From NCBI GenBank assembly GCA_054661495.1, contig BAAFSQ010000009.1, forward strand, positions 55,145 to 87,144: a stretch of DNA of 32,000 nt, in the 5' to 3' direction. Of this stretch, positions 23,961-32,000 are shown piece after piece. The DNA comes from Zygophlyctis sp. KS116 (Eukaryota; Fungi; Chytridiomycota). The notes below the pieces were generated by a model. The model had not been told where the DNA came from. It ran no database searches and saw only the letters and a list, made by a program, of their open reading frames with translations. The position numbers and the translations under genes are program-made. The stretch's first letter is position 1; each line of letters starts with the position of its first letter.

Positions 23961-24686
23961 CTAAAAGAGATTCTTTGTAAAATCTAGTCCCACAGACTCA
24001 TCATCCTCAATCCCCAACTCTTCCATAAATTCCTTTGGAGATCCAGGTAATGCTTCTGTTATTGTATCCCAAACACTTTTAAAAACCTTTTTCCTACTTT
24101 TCCAATGTAATCTCATCTTTTCGTACTCTGTTTCAATTTCCTTTTTTTGAGTCTCAGAGACTTGAATTTTTCCTTGTTGTAATTCCTCTAGTCTATTTGC
24201 TAAATCAGTCGCCTAAAATTTAAATTTTAATAGAGTAAAATACTTGAATTTCCAAGTCATGTAATTTTATATCCAAGTCTGAATCAGTCAATGTGTTTGA
24301 AAGTTGCGCCAATTCTACCAGTTAAAATTTTCGCGATTTACCAATTTCTAAAATCTTGTTCTACGGTTAAATTATAAAAAATTTACTGTATTTGTAATCT
24401 CTGATATACTAGCCTTTAAAGAATCGATTGAATCATCCATTTTAGAAATTTCTTCTTGAGTAGGACATTCTAATAAATCTTGTCTAGAAACATATACCCA
24501 CTGTTTTCCATATAATTTTCCCGTAATTTTCCCATTTTCAACAAGAGAATTTAACAATTTAACAACTAGAGTTTTTGGGATTTTCTCTTTAAGATTATTA
24601 AAAACATCTATTGCTGAATAAGGACGATTAGTTTTCTTGAGATATTCCAAGATCGTGTCAGATGCTTGCACTTCGTTTCCCTTCAT
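23961..24686 (-). CDS. HOP2: Homologous-pairing protein Hop2 (TBPIP/PSMC3IP)
   Basis: ILEYLKKTNRPYSAIDVFNNL, KLYGKQWVY, C-terminal WKSRKKVFKSVWDTI...EELGIEDD. Introns 24361-24386, 24315-24341, 24213-24243. Confidence 0.92.
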
Positions 24687-24934
24687 GTCTTTGATTTCTT
24701 TTTTTAAATTTTAATAAGATTATTACTTTATAAAATTGGTTTAAAGATGTATAAGCGTGTACCAGACAAACTCTGTAAATCTGTCCGATCAGGTAAGTAG
24801 ATTCCCAGATTAGAGAATACTGTAATAGAAAATATTCAAAAGTTTTAGAATTTTTGATTTTATCCTGGAATTTTATAGATTTTTAGAATTCTGGATTTCT
24901 AGAATTCTTCTTTAATGCTGATCGTGTAAATTTT

Positions 24935-25585
24935 ATGGGGAGATATTGTCCAAAAATCGTAATCAACATGGGCAGTGAGTATTATCGTCATTGTCGATTG
25001 AAAGATGGAGTGGAAATTACTGAAAAAGATGAAATAATATATCAAGAGGTTCTGTCATCAATTATCAAAGATACAAAAGGTTGGTTATTGGATAAAGATT
25101 CTGATGACTTGATTGCAGTTTTTGATGGTGAAAATGCATTAGAGTTGCATTTCAAAGATGATGATTTATTTAAAGGAAAAATAATTGTTCCAAAAAAATT
25201 AGATCATTCGCTGGATATTTGTTGGGCGCATCGCTCCATAATAGTTGATCCAATTAATGAAATTGGAAACAAAATTATAGATTTGCTAATGGAAAGCGAT
25301 TTAAAAATGCTCAAAATAGAGGATGAGGTTCATGATATGGTAGCTGATCTTGGAATATATAATCTTAGAATAGATGATGATTCTGATTATGATGATGGAT
25401 GCCGTGATGATTGGAGAATAGATGATGATTCTGATTCTGATTATGGTTATTATGATTATGGGTATTATGAACAGTCAAAAGGTCCATTCCATCAGTGTTA
25501 CCATGATTCATCTTGGTCTCCCGATGGCTTGTATGGTGGATATGATGATTGGGAAACTTATTGTGATGCAAATGGACTTGATTAA
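24935..25585 (+). CDS. Orphan acidic protein (216 aa) with Asp/Tyr/Gly-rich tail
   Basis: Intronless ATG-initiated ORF with internal repeats RIDDDSD x2 and DYGYY x2. No family recognised. Confidence 0.65.
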   Translation: MGRYCPKIVINMGSEYYRHCRLKDGVEITEKDEIIYQEVLSSIIKDTKGWLLDKDSDDLIAVFDGENALELHFKDDDLFKGKIIVPKKLDHSLDICWAHRSIIVDPINEIGNKIIDLLMESDLKMLKIEDEVHDMVADLGIYNLRIDDDSDYDDGCRDDWRIDDDSDSDYGYYDYGYYEQSKGPFHQCYHDSSWSPDGLYGGYDDWETYCDANGLD

Positions 25586-25790
25586 AAGACAATCAACCAC
25601 TCATTAGCTTTTTACCTTTTTGTGGTAAATTGAATAAATTTCTAATTCAAAGACTTTAATTTAGACTCCTACTTTATGTCCATCATGATCTTTAACGAAA
25701 TTTACAACAAATTTTTGTGGTTCAAATTTCCCTTCAAAACAAATTTTTTTCAACCTTATCTATAAAGTCATTTAGTTTCTTATAGTTAGA

Positions 25791-28137
25791 ATGAAACAAA
25801 AAGTAAAATTGGGAAGATCTCTTAAGCCGGCAACTAATAAAACTAATACTAATTTCAAGTCTCAGAAAATCAATGTTCCTCTACAGACTTTAAAAAAGGA
25901 TTTTCTAAATCTGAATTCACTCACTTTAACCAAAGATGTGCTAAAAGATATACTAGTGCACAAGGAGACTCTAGATGAAAGTCAGATTTGGAATTTTTTG
26001 CTGCAGTCACTCTATTCAAAATCACAAAAGAGAATTATTTTGAAGAATTCTTGGAATGAAATTATTGGAAAATTACAAATTTCGCCGTTTATAAATCTAA
26101 TAACTACACACTTGAATTGTGCTCTCTGTCATATTGATCAAGATATAAGATTAGATTCTCTAGAACTATTAAAGCATTTGCATCCGCTGCCTTCCTTGAT
26201 TGCAGATAATGTATTACAAAATCTGCTGGAAATGTTGGATCAAAAAAATGCTAATGCAAGACTTAAAGTTTTAAGTCAAATTTTGATGATTTTACAAAGT
26301 GGAATGTTGCCTACAGTGTTTATTACATCTCAACCAGATATGGAAATGGTTGATAAAGAGATGCAAAAAGTCACATGTCCTAATTTTCTTAATTTCAATT
26401 CTCAAAAGGTGGATTCAAAACACAATAAAGAGTCTAGAGACTTTAAAATTCAGGAAAAAAGTTTACCGTTTTTAGTAAATTACTGGATAGAAAGTATGGT
26501 GGTATTAGAAAAGGAAATTATAGAAGTTTCAAGTGATTTAAAAATATTACAGGAAATTTTAAAGATTATGATTATTCTAGCAAAAAAAGGATCAGGAGAG
26601 GATTTAATAAGTTTAAGGAAATCAGTGGAGAAATATGTCGCTCAAGCATTTCCTTTTGGGATAGAAAAAGTGAAAAAAGAATCTGAAGCAATACTTAATG
26701 AAATGAATTGGGATTATTGCCTTTTAGTAACTGGTTTTTCTTGTAGAAACCAACACGAGGCAAAATTATTAGGTCCTGTAGTGGATTATATACTGGGTTT
26801 TTTAAAGGTATCTTTACTCAAACTCTAAACTATTAAAGGGATTTTCTGGGACTGTAATATCAGCTGATAGAATAGATGGCATATTTCCAGTTATTTGGGA
26901 GATTTTAAATAATCCTTTTGTGTCAAAAAGAGTGGATATCCTAGATAGGCTAATCAATTTTAAAGTAGTCGATAGATCTAATTCAATATTTAAAAAGAAA
27001 TTTGAGTTTATCGCTTTCGTGATAAAAGTAATTTTTTGGGAATTAAATATAGGAAGTTGATGAAAAAAGATTAGATCTTGATCTTAAAAGGGATGATCAA
27101 ATTATTCAGGAAATTAAGAAATGGATATATTATCTTCCACGTAAAATATGGGAACTAAAGCTAAACAATATGGAATTGACACAGGTAAATTCATAAAAAT
27201 TAATATAAAGAAAATTATAGACTTTCTAGTATACATTTTTCAGCATAATATTTTGGACATTTGTTATGATCAGGTAATTTTAATCGTCTAATTTTAAGAT
27301 TGGAGTAGAAAATTTTCAATTGTCATTGGTTCCTCTATTTCATGTAGTTGCTCCCAAGGGCGATATTTATGGGCCTTTTAACTCTTATTCATGGGAAAAT
27401 CAACAGCATTTGCTTAATTTATTATTTTATCTTCCTGAAATTCATCAGAAACTGCTAATAGCCATTTTAGCTTGCTTAACAGGTATTATAATTATCATTT
27501 AAATATAAGTTTTCTCCGTAAATGGAGAAACGGTCTCACATTTTGTGGACATCATTTACGATCGACAGCTACGATGTAACTTCTCATTAGAAAAGCATTT
27601 ATATGCGAGTATTTGTACTACATTACTATTTGGGTATTCCTCAAAAGAGTTAAAAGAGCTTCAAAATCAATTATCTACTTCTTTTGAAGGATTTTATGAT
27701 ATTGATGAATGTCTTCAAGTGAAACAAAAAGTGTCAGGAATGCTCAAAAGACCACTAATTACAAAAGATGAATATCTAAAGGAAAGATTTTACATAGTCA
27801 AGGTAATTAATATTGTAGATTTCTAAAGATAAAGCGTATCTTTTATGCGTTCAGCCCCTTTTGGGATGAGCTTCCTAGTATAATGGATGGCTTTGCTGCT
27901 TCTGCACTTCCTTTAGATTCTGGTTTATGTTTCTTTCTTGCATTATCAAATATTGAATGCCCGATAATCGAAGCAAAAGAGCAAATTAAATCAATGATCC
28001 AGTCAATCATAAAATGTGAAGAATTAATGGTAGCTTTGATATTGCTAATTAAACAGAATATATTGAGACAGGAGAATCCTGGTAAATTCGATCAGTATCT
28101 TTTTCTAAATTCACGATCTGCTGAATCTTCATTATAA
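25791..28137 (+). CDS. IPI1: Rix1 complex subunit Ipi1/TEX10-like (pre-60S biogenesis), long form
   Basis: N-terminal [23 protein letters not shown] and [29 protein letters not shown] are Ipi1_N-like. Downstream ORFs join through 7 introns of 25-31 nt. 3' end less certain. Confidence 0.8.
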
Positions 28138-29254
28138 CGATCAAATATGGAGGTGGAACTATCACGCCTCTCATTTAATCGGCGAGGCGGTGGTGATTCT
28201 GGTGCACGTCTCTTCTCGCCTGCAGATCTTACAGGAAAGCTAGGAAATAAATTAGGATCTTTAGGGAATGGTACTTCACTTAAAAAGTTATTTAAATAAA
28301 TATACCTAAAGTAAGGACTATTTAGTGCGCTTTTTGCTGATATTCTTTGTGCTGGATCATACTCCAAGAATGATGCCAATAAGTCGAGTCCATAACTCGA
28401 TAAATTTTGAGAAAATCGATCATTTAGATAATTATAACTAAATTTAAATTTGATTTAAGCTTACGGCTTTTTTATCAAATTAACAGTCTTGAAGAGCGGC
28501 AAATCAGATATTCCAGGCCATCTATTTTCATCAGGAGTACCTAATAGAGATATAATCTTGGCTAATTGATCCATTTCTCCTCTTCCTTTAAACAGAGGAT
28601 CCTTATTTAGTAATTCAGCAAAAATACAACCTATCGACCACATATCTATAGATGTTGTATACTTGGTTTCTCCCAAGAGTAATTCTGGAGCTCTATACCA
28701 CAAAGTAACTACCAACTGAGTTACTCGTCCTAATGGAGACCCAAAGGACCGGGCTAATCCAAAATCCGCAACCTTTATCTGACCTCTATTATTCATTAAT
28801 AAATTCGAAGTCTTTAAATCCCTATGAATGATCCAGTTTGAGTGTAGAAAATCTATAGCAGACAATAACTGCAGCATTATAGTCTTGATTTCTCCAGCAA
28901 GAAATGCTGATGGCATATTGTCCAATAATGTTTTTAGATCATGTTCAATATATTCCATAACCATGAATACGCTGCTAAAACTTGGAGTAACAACAATTTC
29001 ATGCAATTTGACGATGTTTGGATGATCAGAGAGCATTAGTGTATGAATCTCCCTTAAACAAGTGACTGGGAATCCATTTTTTTCTACGTCGAGTTTGATC
29101 TTTTTAAGTGCCACAATTTCCTTTGTATCCTTATCTTGGCCCCTGTAGACAATTCCTTATCTCATCAGTCTCTCAAATTACCATAAGTGCCCTCAGCGAT
29201 TTTATTTAATCTTGTATACCGATCAACGGATCTGCATGGAGCTATGGATTCCAT
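28092..29254 (-). CDS. CDK11: Cyclin-dependent kinase, CDK11/CDK10 (PITSLRE) family
   Basis: [24 protein letters not shown]|GIVYRG (intron 29156-29181), [35 protein letters not shown]-terminal [11 protein letters not shown]. Three introns. Confidence 0.92.
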
Positions 29255-31544
29255 TTCAACTCTGGAATGTTTTGATATAACTTCAACGATTCAGGGTTTG
29301 CCAATGCAGTTCCCAGTGGCGCATTCTCTCCATTAAGTATCTTTTTCACAGCTATTTCCACTTTTTTACCAGTCAGAGTATACGGGATATCACCAATGCT
29401 AAGAATAAAACTAGGTACATGTCTTGGTGATAATAGAGTGCGTATCTTGGTTTTGATTTGATTTATAAGTTCTTGGGTTAATTCCTCCTCGGGGTGCATT
29501 TTACAAAACAATACTACTCTCTCATCATCGCCAATTTTTTGTCCAACCTATCAAACCATTATTATACTTGATATTACAGCCAAGGAATCTTGTATAGTAG
29601 GAAAATTTGCAATGATATTGTATAATTCAGCACTACCAAATCGTACACCTGATGGATTCAATGTTCCATCAGATCTTCCCAACATATGAACACCTCCAGT
29701 TTTGGAATTTATCATCACGAAATCACCGTGATACCAAACTTTTCCTAGAAAATTACCGTCAAGAGTAAGATACCGCCATACTCTGAAAAGTATGCATTCT
29801 TGTATTTTTCATTATTTGGATCATCCCAAAAATAAACAGGCATCACAGGAAAAGGTTCTAAAATTAAAAAGAAAGAGTTACTTGAACAGACCAAATCACC
29901 GGGTGTATCATAAATCGGACATCCTATTTTTTATATACGATTAAAATTACCTGATCCATCCCAAGCTTCTACCTTCATTCCTAAGCAACGGCATTGAATT
30001 TCACCACGATATACTGGCAAGTAAGAATTATGACCTGCAAATAGCGATACAATGTCAGTACCACCTAAATTTTCAAAATAATACTATTGCTTACCAGTTA
30101 TTGATCCCAATAAAACGTCGCTCTTAATCTTAGTGTACACAAAATCAAAAGATTCAGGACTTAGTGGTGAGCCAGTAGAGTATATAGTTCTTAATGTTTT
30201 TAAATCACAAACTTGCCCTATTTTTTAAAAGCTTTTTAATCAATACCAGGGTAAACTTTTGCTTCCAAAAGACTTTGAATATATTTTGCAGAAGTTCCAA
30301 AAATACTAACTCTGAGTTGTCACGTTAATTCTTAAGTACCCAAATTGATCTACCAATTCCCATAAACGCATTGGACTTGGCTTAAAAGGGCTTCCATCAT
30401 ATAAAACTATTGTTGCTCCTGTTGCAAGACTCCCTACTAGCCAATTCCACATCATCCAACCAGTTGTAGTGTAATAAAAAAATACATCATCTCTAGTCAT
30501 TGAACCATGAATAACATGTTCCTTCAAGTGTTGTATTAATATACCCCCAGCAGAATGTACTATACATTTTGGTTTTCCAGTGGTCCCAGATGAATATAAA
30601 ACCACTAAAGGATGATTGAAAGGAAGCTGTTCAAATTCCAGAGGGCTATCTGGAGCTGAATTCATGAATTCTGTCCAAGAAATCGCATTTTGAATTCCGC
30701 TCAAATCAAAAGCTTGATCAATAAAAGGAACTACGATAACCTTTTCCACAGTTGGTAATTCTAAATTCTAAAAATCTAAAAATCCTACCTTGAGCAACTT
30801 GCTTTAATTTCCCTAAATGATCATGAACACGACCATTATACCAAACTGCATTTACCGATAATAATATTTTTGGCTTAACTTGCCCAAACCTCTCTAAAAC
30901 TCCCTAAATGTTTTTAGAAATTTAAAGTACAAGAGTGCCAAAATCTGGAGATGCAGAAGACCAAATAGCCCCAATTGATGCAGCCGCCAACATTGTCATC
31001 ACCTTTTATTAGAAACATTTCATATACTGCTTCTGGACAGTTTGGAACATACGCCACAATCACATCACCAACACCAACATTTGCCTTTTTAAGTCCAGCT
31101 GCAATTTTTTCGACATAAGTAAAGAGTTGCTTAAAAGTGTATTGAACGCTCTTAGAAGCATCTTCTCCTGCCGAAATAATTGCGATACGATCATCTCTAA
31201 ATTTCAATATATTTTGAGCGTAATTTAATTTGCTTCCGATAAACCATTCTGGAATTTCATTCATAGGCACATCTTGTAGAACCTTTCCGTGAATATTTTT
31301 AAATTACTTTTTGCCATGGAGAAGCAATAATTCCAGTAAATTCTAAAACTAATTCCCAAAACCTTTCTATTTCCGTGACACTCCAATCCCACAATTTATC
31401 ATACGAATCTATTATGAATTTCTGATTTGTACCGATCGATTCATCATACTTTGAATTTACTAAATCCATAAATTTCTTCATTGGCAATGAGTCTGCGCTC
31501 TTCGGCGACCATAACTGTTTTGCTGATAACTGACTATCAGCCAT
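29242..31544 (-). CDS. AACS: Acetoacetyl-CoA synthetase
   Basis: [53 protein letters not shown]|[36 protein letters not shown]. 12 introns of 24-30 nt; ATG 31544. Confidence 0.95.
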
Positions 31545-31923
31545 TACTCCCACACTCTATCCTCGCCCGTAACTATTCTTGTCCTGTTTCAACCCTGCAT
31601 AAATGCCTCAATAGAAGGTTCAAGCCTTAAATGCACAATAAATATATATTTTCTTATGAAAAGAGAAAGTATTTTCATCTTGGTTGGTTACTCTGATTCT
31701 ACACCTTTGATTTTAGAAGCATGAATTGATAATCTGAATCGTATCCAATCAATAGTTACATCTCCCATCCTCAATCTACCAACAGCTACTGCAGATTGAG
31801 ATAAGGAGTTCGCTATTGATCATATTTCACTGAAACTTGCGACAGAATACCAGACGACTTATGGTGTACATAAGAGTAGACATAAACTAAGATTCCGCTT
31901 TATATAGTTAATATTAATCTAAG

Positions 31924-32000
31924 ATACCAGCAGACTTATTGTCCATACCAGCAGATACTCGATCCATACCAGCAGATTCTGATCCATACCAGCAGACTTA
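31924..32000. repeat. Minisatellite, 20-21-nt unit with core (CC)ATACCAGCAGA, at least 4 copies, runs off window
   Basis: ATACCAGCAGA starts at 31924, 31945, 31966 and 31986; a degenerate copy ATACCAGACGACTTAT lies near 31847. Confidence 0.85.

Noticed and set aside
25365-25592. His/Asn-rich minus-strand ORF
   Set aside because: Reverse complement of the GAT/TAT-rich tail of the orphan gene.
1-31544. Fragmented ORFs as pseudogenes, stop-codon reassignment or frameshifting
   Set aside because: Every break is explained by a short intron that restores conserved motifs, and TAA, TAG and TGA all serve as true stops.
31560-31860. Possible small spliced minus-strand gene upstream of AACS
   Set aside because: An open stretch of ~45 codons exists, but I could not build a consistent start/intron/stop model or recognise a motif.
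31924-32000. CRISPR-like repeat/spacer pattern
   Set aside because: Core is only 11-13 nt, linkers are 7-10 nt and resemble each other, the context is eukaryotic, and no cas genes are present.

Overview
Eukaryotic, AT-rich, extremely compact nuclear DNA in the standard genetic code. The source is most likely a flagellated (zoosporic, chytrid-like) fungus. That is an inference from fungal-type housekeeping genes found together with centriole/cilium genes (CCDC61, EFCAB11-like, a giant ASH/Hydin-like protein). Hand-splicing the fragmented ORF track gives 18 protein-coding genes: a >3400-aa ASH-repeat protein running off the left edge, EFCAB11-like, cap N7-methyltransferase, cofilin, VPS52, CCDC61, proteasome alpha2, mL54, MUS81, two tandem UXS1 copies, a coiled-coil protein, a MAP2K, HOP2, an acidic orphan, IPI1/TEX10, CDK11 and acetoacetyl-CoA synthetase. 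Notable points: (1) about 69 introns, all 23-32 nt; (2) one VPS52 intron that only works with a non-canonical GT..TG boundary; (3) two co-directional gene pairs whose coding sequences overlap (EFCAB11/RNMT, AACS/CDK11), two convergent CDS overlaps and a 32-nt divergent spacer; (4) a UXS1 tandem pair identical over ~960 nt including introns but with diverged N-termini; (5) a GxTxxGxP[FY][FY] repeat in the giant protein; (6) ACGCG/CGCGAAA motifs at start codons. All gene models were made by eye, with no database searches.
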